The notes under the pieces: generated by a model
What the model was told of the DNA's origin: nothing
Databases searched by the model: none
The model's input: the letters and a program-made list of their open reading frames with translations, nothing else
Source of the DNA: Octopus vulgaris
Taxonomy: Eukaryota
Assembly: GCA_951406725.2 (NCBI GenBank)
Contig: OX597822.1
Location: forward strand, 53,134,001 to 53,198,000
Direction: 5' to 3'
DNA length: 64,000 nucleotides
Shown: positions 23,291-35,463 of the stretch, piece after piece
How positions within the stretch are numbered: the first letter of the stretch is position 1
Layout of the letters: the number at the start of each line of letters is the position of its first letter
Program-made: the position numbers and the translations under genes

Positions 23291-24680
23291 TGATGCAAGA
23301 AACAGGATCGAAGCGATCAATGCATTAGCCATACCAGTCGTGACTTACAGTTTCAATATCGTTAACTGGTCAATTACTGAAATATGTAATCTTGACAGAA
23401 AAATACGAAAACTGTTGACAATGCATAGAATGCACCACCCTAAGGCAGATACAGAACGACTTTATCTGCCAAGAAAAGAGGGAGGCCGTGGACTTTTACA
23501 ACTGGCAATAACAATGAAGATTGCTACAATTGGCCGAGACACCTACCTGAAAAACTCTTAGGACTGGATGTTAAAACCTGTCTCAAAACATGAAAACAAG
23601 AAAGCATCATACTCAGTTACAAAACAGGCAAAGGAATATCTAAGTGAATTCCGAATACAACAAATTTCGGAATTAGAGATAGACATACAAGAAACAGGCA
23701 CAGAAAAAGCTAAGCGCATGAAAACCCGTGCTAAATCTGCAGCCTTAGGATATTCTGAATGATAAATGGCAAGAAAAACCTCTCTATGGCAAATACCCAA
23801 AGAGAGCGAATAATGCAGATGTTGACAAAGCCCTGACCCATCAATGGCTAATGGCCTCTGGTTTAAAATCTGAAACAGAGGGGGTTTATCATAGCAGCTC
23901 AAGATCAATACCTACCAACAAGAAACTACCAGGTCAACATATTAAAGATCAGCAGCAGTCCAACGTGTCGTGTATGCCAGCAACAAAATGAAACCATTGA
24001 TCATGTGGTCTCCAAGTGCAGTCTTCTAGCGCCTACAGAGTATCTCAACAGGCATGATAGAGCTGCACAATATATTCACTGGGTAATCTGCAAAAACCTG
24101 AATTTGCTCCATGAAAAAACTGGTGGGAACACAAACCACCCCCAGTGCTTGAAAATGACCACATCTCACTCCTCTGGAACTTCATCATTCAAACTGACAG
24201 AAAGATAGATGCAAATAGGCCAGACATCATATTTAAAGACTTCAAACAAAGAACATGCCTCCTCATTGATATGACTGTCCCAATCGATATAAACGTATCT
24301 GTCAAGACCTACCGAATCTGAGCAAATATAAAGATCTTGAAATAGAAATCAGCAAAATGTGGAACCTGAAGACTAAAACAATACCTGTTGTCATAGGTGC
24401 CCTGGGAATGATAGTAAAAGGGGCTGATAGCTACCTAACTCAGATACCAGGAAACCCCAAAATGGCAGAAATTCAAAAGATAGTGCTCATGGGAACTGCT
24501 CATATCCAACGCAAAATACTTTCTATGTAATATCAAGGTTTAAAACAAACATTTTATTTTAGACATCCACCAATACAACACAAAAAACAACCAAATATAT
24601 GGCACACTAGCCATAACAACAACGTGAACTTCCAACCTGTTGTCTCTTGAGGTCTCCGGGTGAGACTTGGGTGAGACTAT
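23291..24680 (+). mobile_element. 5'-truncated R4/Dong-clade RLE retrotransposon in (TAA)n
   Basis: LDRKIRKLL..HHPKADTERLYLPRKEGGRGL, CRVC..ETIDHVVSKC..RHD, NRPDII..IDMTVP..KYKDL. (TAA)n on both sides, which is the known Dong target. Confidence 0.92.
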
Positions 24681-24699
24681 TAATAATAATAATAATAAA

Positions 24700-25620
24700 C
24701 ACCGTTATTCACAATAACGGTGATTTGAAGCCAATGATGGTGACAGTGTTACACCCGGTAGGCTCAGAGATTCTGGTCCGGCTCCAGCCTGTCGATTTCC
24801 AGAAAAGGGCCACCACACACGGCGTAGATTATGCAAGGAAATTAATGCTGTGGCCATGGAGTGTTACTACCTGAGCAGCCCGGTAGGTGAAAATGGTGCT
24901 CAAATTAGGGGTTACCGACAACGTATGCATGATCATTGTAGAGAAAACAGATTGTTTCAACTCACGGAACAGAGACTGTGTGACCAAGCTAAAGCAATAA
25001 GGAAAAATTGTTGGTTCACAGAAGTAGAGCTCGAAGCTATCAAAAGACGGGTCATGGAAAATAGCAGCAGAGATAACAATGAAAATACAGTTCTTACTAA
25101 TAAGAGTAATCCCATAGCACAGGGAAGGAGCAGTGGTAGTTTACTTGATGAGAGAAGAAACGGGCTATAAGTACTTGGGGATTTGGAAATGGATAAAATG
25201 ATGGAGAAAGAAATGACAGAAAAATTTTAAGGTGGAGTACTTGTGTAGACTGAGACTGATCCTTAAGTCGAAATTAAATGGACGGAATAAGATCGAAAGT
25301 ATCAACACCTGGGCGATTTCACTCCTTAGATATGGAGCAAGAGTAATCACATGGACAGTACACGATCTAAACAGCTTAGACAGAAAGACAATGAAGTTGC
25401 TAATTATATATGGGTCACTCCACCCAAAAAGTGACACAGACAGACTGTATGTACGAAGAAAAAGAAGGGGAAGAGGACTTATTGGATGTGAACATAGCAT
25501 TAGAGCAGAAGAAAACAACATAGCATGGTATGTAAAAAGTGTCACAGAATCTCTATTATTAGAAGTAGGAAAGTCAGCTTGTGTAGGATGAAAGATTGCA
25601 AAGATACTGATACCAAATAA
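24700..25620 (+). mobile_element. Internally deleted R4/Dong-like element
   Basis: N-terminal MECYYLS..GYRQRM..EQRLCDQ is joined at about 25140 to the post-RT region GYKYLG..KSKLNGRNK..HPKSDTDRLY..GRGL. Confidence 0.85.
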
Positions 25621-25659
25621 ATATAGGAATCCCCAGAAGGCCAATACTTACACCGGAAA

Positions 25660-26110
25660 ATGTGCAATTATGATATCATGATATTATAATAGTCATACCA
25701 ACAAATTGTAAATGAAAATGAAAACATAACAGTACTCTGGAATTTTCGAGTTAACATAGATCGAAAAATTCAAGCAAATACATTTCATATTATCAAGAAC
25801 TATAGAAGCAAGCCTTGAAAATTAGTTTGAGTATACCGTCGGATAAAAAAATATCCAGGAACGAATAGCAAAAAAATAAGTAAATATAAGGATTTATATT
25901 TTCGGATTCTTGTACTTACCTAATTTTCTTGACACAACGTGGCACCTTTAAACGAAACCAATGCCCAACATCACAAAGGCCTTTAGGTATGATACTAAAA
26001 AAGTAAGAAACACCTTATCGACATCGAAGGTAAAACATCACTTCAAGAAATTCAAATACACTGTACTGACGAGCACTCCACACACAATAAAAAGAGCCCC
26101 AAAATTCAAA
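25660..26110 (+). pseudogene. Highly degenerate RLE-domain fragment
   Basis: VNENENITVLWNFRVNIDRKIQAN and KISKYKDL remnants. Confidence 0.55.
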
Positions 26111-26642
26111 ATAAATTCTAAAGTACCTACAAATCAATATGATGCATCCCATATGTTTAAGTTTTCCACTTAATCTAAATTATATAAAAACACTTATAAA
26201 TCAATATTTACTAGGTGTTTATACTTACATTGTTTTACCTTTATTTCAACATTTACAATTTTCACAAAGACAGTTACACCACGGATATCCTACACGTTAA
26301 AAAAACCCTACTCTTATGCTTATACTTTCATTTTACATATACACCAGACTTTCTTTAATTATTAGTACCAGAATCCTTTTAACTTGATATCACTCATATA
26401 AAAGTTTTTTTTTAATAGAGTGTTTTTCTGACGTAATGTGTTTCATGTTCAAATAAGGAACTTGCACCTCCTCTGCAAGTAGCAGAAAGTAACTACTCAT
26501 CTCTGGTATCAGTACAGAGGGGAAAGTGGTTGCAGAAAACCCGTGAAAGGAGAAATAATGCTTCTTATACAAATAACAACTATTGTGTAAAATTTTGGAA
26601 CATAGCTAATAATAGAAATATTAAAATTACTAAGTCTCTATA

Positions 26643-26971
26643 AAAGAGATTACGGCAGCGTTTACTGGAAATTAATTGTTATCGCCATATTAATATGGCA
26701 TTCTTATAGATATAAGAATAATCGCTGCCGCTGGTCAGCTCCATGAGGCCAGCACCATCAAGATAGCTATTGATACACGATCTGTATCCATTATAACCTT
26801 CGAACAAGGGAGGTCAGCCGCTTCACACTGCCAGTCCGACAGCTACATACGCGTTTCGGGGCATTGCCCCTTGTCAATGTAGCGCAGTCAGACCCGCAGG
26901 TGTCGCCACTGACGTCTCTGTTCGAAGGTTTCTATTTACCTAGTTTCAGTGGAATACATCCACTTGTTTTC
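26643..26971 (-). mobile_element. Hammerhead-containing non-coding retroposon between 35-bp direct repeats
   Basis: Perfect repeats at 26608-26642 and 26972-27006, with an internal hammerhead motif. Confidence 0.75.
26842..26883 (-). ncRNA. Minimal type I hammerhead ribozyme, U3-A8 core variant
   Basis: gcuaca-UUGACAA-GGGGC aau GCCCC-GAAA-CGCG-UA-uguagc. All stems pair, and stem III is palindromic (ACGCGU). Confidence 0.8.
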
Positions 26972-27009
26972 AATAATAGAAATATTAAAATTACTAAGTC
27001 TCTATATTT

Positions 27010-27700
27010 TAAGGGAAAGGGATTAGTTGATTGTATCGATCCTAGCACTGCCTTGATAGATTATTTTATCGACACCAACCCGCCCGTGGGGCAGCGTTGA
27101 CTTTGGTGGTATCTGAACTCAGAACGCTAAGCATTTTATCCGATGCACCAAAACTTCTTCCAGCTCGATGATCTAACAACAGCAACAATAAAAATCCTTT
27201 CTACTATGGGCACAAGGACTAACATCTGGGGGAGGGGAATAGTCGATTACATCGACCCCAGTAATCAACTGCTACTTAATCTATCAACCCCTAAAAGATG
27301 AAAGGCAATGTCGACCACGGCAGAATTTGAACTCAGAACGTAATGTAGTGACAGGCAAAATACCTATTTCTTTACTACCCACAAGGGGCTAAACACAGAG
27401 AGGACGAACAAGGACAGACAAGCGCATTAAGTCGATTATATCGCCCCAGTGCGTAACTGGTCCTTAATTTATCGACCCCGAAAGGATAAAAGGCAAAGTC
27501 GACCTCGGCAAAATTTGAACTCAGTGTGCTAACGTTTCTGCCAGCTTAACAACAACAATACTAATAAGAGTTTCAAAGGTCAGCAATTTCGCAGTAAGAG
27601 GTATGTCGATTACATCGACTCCAGTGATCTACTGGTACCTATTTCATCGACCCCGAAAAGATGAAACAGAAATTCGACCATTGCGGAATTTGAATTATGA
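27010..27700 (-). mobile_element. Cluster of SINE family B copies, including a nested Tx1-tailed copy at 27365-27545
   Basis: Four family B units; the nested copy has tail gccccttgtgggtagtaaagaaata. Confidence 0.85.
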
Positions 27701-27744
27701 AATTAAATATAGACATAGAAATCAGAGACCAGTTGGGCATTAGG

Positions 27745-28066
27745 AGCACTCCGTCGGTTACGACGACGAGGATCTCTGTTGATACGATCAACGTAATAGC
27801 TTGCTCGTGAAATTAACGTGTATGAGGCTGAGCACTCCACAGACACGTGTACCCATAACGTAGTTCGCAAGGGGATTCAGCGTGACACAAAGTGTGACAA
27901 GGATGGCCCTTTTGAAATACAAGTACTACACATTTTTGCCAGCTGAGTGGACTGGAGCAACGTGAAATAAAGTGTCTTGCTCAAGGACACAACGCGTCGC
28001 CGGAAATCGAACTCACAACCTTACGATCATGAGCCGAATGCCCTAACCACTAAGCCACGCGCCCTC
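27745..28066 (-). mobile_element. tRNA-derived SINE with the family C central block and a different head
   Basis: Head GGCGCGTGGCTTAGTGGTTAGG...GTTCGATTTCC, then gtgtccttgagcaagacac. Confidence 0.85.
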
Positions 28067-28184
28067 ACCATGAACCAGTATCAAGCATAGAAATTACATA
28101 GAAATTGATGAAATTCATAAATTATGTCAAAATGAATTAAGGAATAATAGAAATGTATTCTACAGAAGAGTTAGATTGATATTT

Positions 28185-28582
28185 TTTTCTTTCTGCTATG
28201 GGCATAAGGCTTGAAAATTTGGAGGAGGGTCTAGTCGATTGCTTCGACTTCACTTTTCTATTGCTTCTTATTTTATCGACTCTGTAGAATGAAAGACAAA
28301 GTCAACCACTGAAGAATTTGATCTCAGAATGTAAAACCAGAAGAAACGCTGTTCAATATTTTTTTCCAGCGTGCTAAGGATTCCTAGCTCGCTACATTTG
28401 AGTCATATTAATATTGGTTTCAAATTTTGGCACAAGGCCAGCAATGTCGACTGAGGAGCTAAGTCGATTACAGTGCTCAACTGGTAATTATTTTATCGAC
28501 CTTGGAAGGATCTAAAGGCAAAGTCGACCTCGGCGGAATTTGATCTCAGAAAGTAAAGACGGACGAAATGCCGCTAAGCATC
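28185..28582 (-). mobile_element. SINE family B tandem copies
   Basis: Family motifs. Confidence 0.75.
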
Positions 28583-29079
28583 TTGGAACCGCTTTGCATT
28601 CTGGAACCACGATGGATATATATGGGCTAGCGAGTCCACAATGATCCCTTCTGCCCACATAATTCTTATCACTTCTACACTCACTAACCAGCTAATATTG
28701 CATTGCTTGCCAAGGATCAATGTCACAACCAATGTCCTTGGCTATGACACTTGAGTTGCACCGGCCTATATTTTAGGGTGTTGTGATCTTCCTATGTCTT
28801 GCATTATCTCTATGTGTTGCTTCAACTGCCCTAGGTTTGGCCACAATATAGAAACTTCCACATGAACTTTTTCGTTCAGTGGATAACATACTGGTCAATA
28901 CATCAGTCAAAACTTCCTTCAGTTAGAGAGCACACGGAAAGCTTCCCCTCGCTCTTCGTAAGAAGAATTACGTCACTTGTTTTCGAATTCATTCTTGGAC
29001 GAATTCCACAAGCAAGACGAAGCAATCTTTTGAGATGCAATGCTACCACGCTTCATTGTTAGGCTGTATCTTGAACAAC

Positions 29080-29341
29080 TAAAAACGTCTCTCTTTTCAA
29101 GCCTAACCAGGCACATGGGCCCGGTTTCCCGGTTTCTGTGGCGTATGTGTTCCCCCCCAGCTGGACAGGAGAGAGTGAGAGAAAGTTGTGGCAAAAGAGT
29201 ACAACAGGGGTCGCCACCCCACTCCCTGCCGGAGTATCGTAGAGCTTTTAGGTGTTTTCGCTCAATAAACACACACAACGCCCGGTCTGGGAATCGAAAC
29301 CGCGATCCTCCGACTGCGAGTCCGCTGCCCTAACCACTGGG
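29080..29341 (-). mobile_element. SINE family C head with a third tail type
   Basis: Same head as 9201; tail ccatgtgcctggttaggcttgaaaagagagacg. Confidence 0.75.
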
Positions 29342-29820
29342 TCTACATATTCTTAACTTCGTCTGTAATTCTTATGCTTGACAAGATTGGCTTCCGTGTG
29401 TGTACGTGTGTAAATTAGTACTATTTCAGTTTAACTTACTAATTTGTTAGTAAGTTATTTTTTCCACCATGCGAGTTTGTTTTGTGTTGTTAAATTTCGA
29501 TTTTCCTTTTTTGGAATTTTATTTAATATTATGCTAATATTTTATTCACAATTTTTTGCTGGATGTGTATTTGTTTATGTTGGTGCTACATTGACAGTGA
29601 TGAACAGCTCCTCCCACTCCCCCTACACAAAGACCATTCCTGAAACATAGTAACATCATAAATTATGCAGAAACAAATTTCAATAATTTTTTTGCTCGAA
29701 CAGAGCAGGAAAAATTTTAAAAACTAACTTCTCACCTGAAATTATTTTGTAATAATTCCACAAGGTACGACAAAGAAATAATACCAAAAATTTCTAAAAT
29801 ATGTCCAGAAAAATATAATC

Positions 29821-30059
29821 CAGATTCTGTTGTGTCTGGGGAGAGTCATTTTCTTTTTGTGACTTATGATTTAACACACTCACCGGTAAAATTTCCACTT
29901 ATTTCTTATTTGTATTTTCCTAAAATTTGAAAAGGTTGCAAGACGCAACGAAAATTTTAAGAAAATAAAAATAAAGAATAAGTGGAAATTTTACCGGTGA
30001 GTGTATTAAATCATAAGTCACAAAAAGAAAATGACTCTACCCAGACACAACAGAATCTG
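29821..30059. repeat. Inverted repeat (about 108-bp arms) centred on a hammerhead core, Penelope-type inversion
   Basis: cagattctgttgtgtctggg...cccagacacaacagaatctg, with centre TTGAAAAgGTTGCaagacGCAACGAAAatttTA. Confidence 0.85.
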
Positions 30060-30401
30060 CTTCAACACACAAACTCACATAAAGAATCTTGAAAACCAAA
30101 TCCAAAAACGAAATATAGTCCAGATGATAACCACATATAAACATATCTTTCCGTCTTGCCAGGCGGGAAAAATAACAATGATTTCTGATTTAAGCACAAG
30201 GCCAGTAGTTTTGAATAGACGAATTTACCAGATTGTATTGACCCCTCTACTTGACAGGCACTTCATTTTATCACGCTTTTATAATGAAAGGCAAAGTTGA
30301 CCCCGGCGGAATTTAAACTTTGAAGGTAATGAGTTGGTAAAAATACCGCAACGCATATTTTCTGACGCTCTTACGATCTTGCCAATCCATCACTCTCGTT
30401 A

Positions 30402-30440
<39 letters not shown>

Positions 30441-30671
30441 GTTGTTGTTGATGTTGCCGTTGTTGTTGTTGTTGTTGATGTTGCCGTTGTTGTTGTTATT
30501 GAGTGAGAGACCAGCGCCTACCATAGAAGTGACACTGGGGTAGAAATATACGGAGCCCAATATACCCGTCATGGCTATCTGCCTGATAAACGTAAACTAG
30601 GCATGTGCATGACAACCGTATGTGCACGACATGGTGATCTCATATGAAGATGAACAACACATGACCTTATT

Positions 30672-30870
30672 GGTGAGCTGGCAGGATCGTTAGCCCGCCG
30701 GACAAAATGCTTAGCGGCATTTCGTCCGTCTTTACGTTCTGAGATCAAATTCCGACGAGGTCGACTTTGCCTTTCATCCTCTCGGGGTCGATAAATTAAG
30801 TACCAGTTGAGCCCTACCCTCAAATTTCAAACCTTTTGCCTATAGTGGAAAGGATTATTATTATTATTAT
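30672..30870 (+). mobile_element. SINE family B
   Basis: Head ggtgagctggcaggatcgttagc, with an (ATT)n tail. Confidence 0.85.
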
Positions 30871-31083
30871 GGTTTGGCTTAAGTTTGGTCTTATTCCTGG
30901 TAGGATTTATGTGTGTAACTGGTTACTATCTATAATCTTATTATCTACACATTTTTGGCAGTATTTCAAGTGCTTAGAACTCTCCTAATAATTTTTGCTG
31001 TCCCTAGGAGATAAACTTTCTTTAGGAGTTCTACCGGGCATTCTATTTCAATCTCTCTCAGCCATTTGTCTTTATCTTTGCTT
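30871..31083 (-). mobile_element. 3' tip of an R4/Dong-like element in (TAA)n
   Basis: KWLREIEIECPVELLKKVYLLGTAKIIRRVL* followed by a short UTR. Confidence 0.75.
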
Positions 31084-31094
31084 ATTATTATTAT

Positions 31095-31395
31095 TATTAC
31101 CTCCGCCTTAGCGAAGGCGGAGGTATTGTTTGCTGTCGTGTTTGTTTATCTGCTGGATGGATTCGGATAAAACTTTCAGGGATATTTGGCCACGTGAGTG
31201 GCATGAACTGATTATATTTTGGGGTCGATCCTGAACCGGACAAGGATTCTGGATTATTTTTCTTGTTTTTTTTTTTTACTTATTTTTTGAGAGCGGCCGA
31301 GTTCATTTTTAGTATTCTCGTTTGTGAGAGCAGTTGAGTTTATTTCAGATATTTTCATTTTAAAAATCATCTCCGGCTAATCGTTGAGAGGACGT
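31095..31395 (+). mobile_element. HINE-like element interrupted by ORF1-only retroposons
   Basis: Reverse complement of 11480-11800, with palindrome tacctccgccttagcgaaggcggaggta. Confidence 0.75.
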
Positions 31396-33127
31396 CGTCG
31401 GCGGTATTGTTTTTCGAATCATTTGATTCCGAGATGTGTTAGAAATGTGTTCGCTCCATGTGAGTTTATATTGTAATGTATTGTTAATTTACTGAATCGT
31501 TGAAATTGTTGTTAACTTGCTTTTATTTTCTCTTCCCCATTTATGGGTGAAGTTATGAATAATACCGTCATGGAAAGTAAAGTAGCCGGGAGTTACGCTC
31601 CGGTGACTGTCAAAGGCCTGCCAGTAGAGGTACTGCAGGTCCATGAAATCGAATTAAAGAAGAATTTTAAATAATATAACGGTTTGCTGGAGAAAGAGGG
31701 GAACAGCCTGAGGTTGACACCTCCTAAAGAAATACTTGAAAAAACTGAAAAAAGGACTATTATTTATAGAACGTTGAATGTGACAACGAAAAAAGTTGAA
31801 GTAGCAGAGGAGGAAGCGGTAGAAGAATGTCTACGAGAGATAAAGGATATTACATTTTACACGAGGGGGAAAATACGACACTGAAGGTACGCTTCGTAAG
31901 CGAAGAAGAAGCAAGGAAACACCCAACTGTGCCTTTGAGATCAGCCGAGTGGGCACTTCTATCTACATACTGTGGTAAACGTGCGGCCAGAGTAAGAATA
32001 GGTAGAGTGCCCCCAGAAATTGATGAGGCGTGGCTGGTGGCAGCCATCCTCTATAATACAGAGGAGGACTCTCAGGTGTTGAAGATATCGAGAACGACGG
32101 AGGTAAACTAGTGGTGGTATGCACTGGAGGTGTCGGTCCATATCAGCCTGCCGGACCTCCACAAAATTGCGGAAGAGCTGGTGCTACCAGATGAGACAAG
32201 ATTCAGAATCGTCGTGGAAGGGAGACCTCCGGTATGTTATTTATGTGGAGTAAGAGGACACGTGAAAGCAAAGTGTCCCCAGAAACACGAATAGGAGGAG
32301 GCGAAGAAGGAGCGTCAGGAAGAAAAGGGCGCAACGGCAGAGGAGGAGGAAATTGTGTAAAAATATACAGTGGTAGAAAAAAAGAAGAGTAATGTGGAAT
32401 CTCCACCGAAAACCCGAAGAAAAAAAGAAAGGCAGAGGAGAACAAGAACGAGAAAAGAAGGAATGTGGAGCCAAGTGAAGAACGAATACAAAGACCGTTG
32501 CCTTCAACAAGTAAGGAGGAGGAAGGACGGAAGAAGAGACATGAAAGTGAGGAGGAAGGACAAACAGAGACGGGAATACCAGCAATAGAGGTAGAGAATG
32601 GCGAGGTACAGCAGAGAGAGCCACTGAAGGGGCAATATGAAAGAATGATGGTTCGTTACAAAAAGAGTGTAGAGATAGGGAAGAAAATTTCAAAAATGAA
32701 ACATGTAATAAGGGTTAAAGTGGCTAACAGCGAGTACAATCGAGATGAAAAAGCGGTGCTGTTTGAGGAAGAAAGAGCAAGAAGGTTGCAGGAAATATTT
32801 AGCGACAGGAAAGTGTTAATAGGAATGCGATTTCGTTACGATGAATTGCCACCGGTGGTAATATTTGACGATTTGATTAAACATATGATGTGACATTGTG
32901 AGGATTTTTAAACAAAAGGAAAACTAACAAGATACAAGGCTGATAAGTACCCACTTTATTTAAAAATAGTAAAATGAAACTACTTGCTTTGCTGGGTAGG
33001 AAAGCCAATTCATTCTAATTTTCATTTTATTCATAAATCATTCGATATGTGTTTCTATTTACCCCATATTTTGTCTGTTTTTGTGTTGTCCCTTCTCTTC
33101 GGAGGCCTTGTGCCTAATTAAAGAAAT
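31396..33127 (+). mobile_element. ORF1-only (HAL1-like) non-autonomous Tx1-type element
   Basis: 5' UTR, decayed ORF1 at 31570-32893 (CYLCGVRGHVKAKC), a 235-bp 3' UTR ending ggccttgtgcctaattaaagaaat, TSD aggacgt (31389-31395 and 33128-33134), and no ORF2. Confidence 0.85.
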
Positions 33128-33140
33128 AGGACGTTAGTGT

Positions 33141-34102
33141 TGTCGTTAGTGTTGTATCGAGTCATTTGATTCCCTGTGTTCGCTCCATGTGAGTTTTGTT
33201 ATTGTTACATTGTTAAACTGTTATATTACTAAACTGTTGGATTTATTATTGCCTGGATTTGTGTTTTTCTTCCCCATTTATTGGTGAAGTTGTTAATATC
33301 ATGGAAGATAAACCAGTACAAGCAGGCAGTTACGCTGCAGTAACTGGCAAGAGTCTAACAGCAGATATACTGCAAGTTAGAGAAATTCAACTAAACAAAA
33401 CTAATTTCAAGAAGAATAACGAATTATCGAGAAAGGAAGAAGTCATAGAAATAACAGAGAAAAAAAACAATTATATATAGAACGCTGTCTCTTGCAACAA
33501 AAAAGTAAAAAGAGCAGCAGTGGAGACGGTTGAAGAATGCTTAAAAGAATTTAAAGAGCTAACGACATACTACACCAGAGGAAAGAAATACGGCACAGTG
33601 GAGGTACGCTTCGTGAGTGAAGAAGAAGCGAAAAAACACTCCACTGTGCCCTTGAGATCAACTGAGTGGGTACTACGACCAACTTACCGGGGCAAACGTT
33701 CGGCCAAAGTAAGGATTGGTAGAGTGCCTCCAGAAATTGATGAGGCGTCGCTGGTGGCAGCCATCAATTATAACACAGAGGAGGATACCCAAATATTGAA
33801 AATGACAAGAACTACGGAGTTGAACTAGTTGGGATATGGACTGGAGGTATCGGCTCATATAAGCTTACCAGACCTCCACAAAATTGCAGAAGAATTGGTA
33901 CTGCCAGACGAGACGAGGTTGAGAATTGTAGTGGAAAACATTCCGTATGCTATCTATGTGGAGTAAGGGGACACATGAAAGCTAAGTGTCCACAGAAACA
34001 CGAAGAGGATGTGATAGAGAAGGAACATCAAGAAGAAGAGGGTTTAACCGTAGAGGAGGAAAAATGGAAGAACAGTATACAGTGGTAAAGAGGAAGAAAA
34101 GT
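33141..34102 (+). mobile_element. Second related ORF1 element, 3'-truncated
   Basis: Same 5' UTR (tcatttgattcc..tgtgttcgctccatgtgagtttt), RGKKYGTVEVRF and CYLCGVRGHMKAKC. Confidence 0.85.
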
Positions 34103-34629
34103 ATCTTAACTATGGTAGTCCCAGCTTGCCGACGCTACTCTCAAACATTTCATAAATTTCCATATCTTAGCTATCCTATGTCCTCCCATAGAAATCTAGA
34201 GTTCTCTACACATATTTGTCCCCACGCTGGGATTTTGGCGAGCTTACCTGCCTCTTTCCTCTTTGTCTCCTTTCCCCCTTCTCTCTCGCTCTCCTGTTCT
34301 AATGGTCCTCAGTGCAGCTGAAATCATCTACACGATTACTTGGTCATTTAATAGCTCCCCGCAAAAATGCGTAAGCCTTTTCTAGTACTTTCTATGGTTG
34401 CTAAAACTTTGAGATATATATAGATTTTTGAATTCTAAGTACGATGTGAGTTGCCATAGATAAATTCATTCATCGTAAATACGGGATGTTTACTGAGAGA
34501 ATACTATAGCTTCTTAAAACTGTGAAATATTGTTTATAAACGTCGATATCTTAGCTATGGCAGCCCCAACTTGCTGACGCTACTCTCAAAAATCCCCTCC
34601 CATCCGCCCTTAATTATTATTATTATTAT

Positions 34630-34995
34630 TAAGCTGGCAGAATCGTTAGCACACCGGGAAAAATGCTTTGCAGCATTTCGTTCGTCTTTAAGTTCTGAGT
34701 TCATATTCTGCCGAAGTCGACTTTGCCTTTCATCCTTTCGGGGTCGATAAATTAAGTACCAGTTGAGCACTGGAGTCGATGTAATTGACTTAACCCCTAC
34801 CCCGAAATTTCTGGCCTTGTCCCAAAATTATTAATTCTCCAGAGGTCGACTTTGCCTTTCATCTTTTCGGGATCGATAAATTGAGTACCAGTCAAGTATT
34901 TGGGTCGATATGATCGACTATCTCTCTCCCCTCAACTTCCAGGTCTTGTGCCTATAGTAGAAAGGATTATTATTATTATTATTATTATTATTTTG
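34630..34995 (+). mobile_element. SINE family B tandem copies with an (ATT)n tail
   Basis: Family motifs. Confidence 0.85.
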
Positions 34996-35002
34996 TTGTT
35001 AT

Positions 35003-35463
35003 TATTTGTCTAGTGGCTGTAGCGAAAGAGGTAGTATGGTGGATCCATTTGAAAGGGCTGAAGACAGGCACTTTCTTCTTTGGCCAAGCCCTCATCAACT
35101 TTTTCAAGTGAAACTTGAAAAAGAAGTTGAGGGTGGAGAGGGAAGTGTTGCCTTGTAACAAGTTTGTTGAAAGGTGGGTGAATTTTGGAAGAATGGCCAG
35201 TGTGAAAGGACCAATTCTGAGCGTGTACCTGTAAACAAAAGAAGGGCTCTTGCTCTGTTGTTCAGGCCCCAGTGGCTTTTGTGGGTTTTCCACGTGGTCC
35301 TTAAAGCGCCTCCCCTATTGGGAGTTTTAAATTGTTTAATTTTTAATCGTTATTTATAATGTTTGCATGTTGTAAAACCCATTGTATCGTCCTGTTTTGT
35401 CTTTTATGTTGTTGCATGTCTTGTAATGTTCTGTATGTGAGACCTTGTGGCCAATAAAAGAAT
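35003..35463 (+). mobile_element. 5'-truncated Tx1 LINE (ORF2 C-terminus and 3' UTR), different subfamily
   Basis: ICLVAVAKEVVWWIHLKGLKTG..LKKKLRVEREVL..FVERW aligns with the end of the 15203 ORF2. Tail gaccttgtggccaataaaag, inserted in (ATT)n. Confidence 0.85.

Noticed and set aside
28575-29080. Possible decayed RTE 3' end on the minus strand (also 61480-61760 on the plus strand)
   Set aside because: Only scattered residues match, so it cannot be supported without a profile search.
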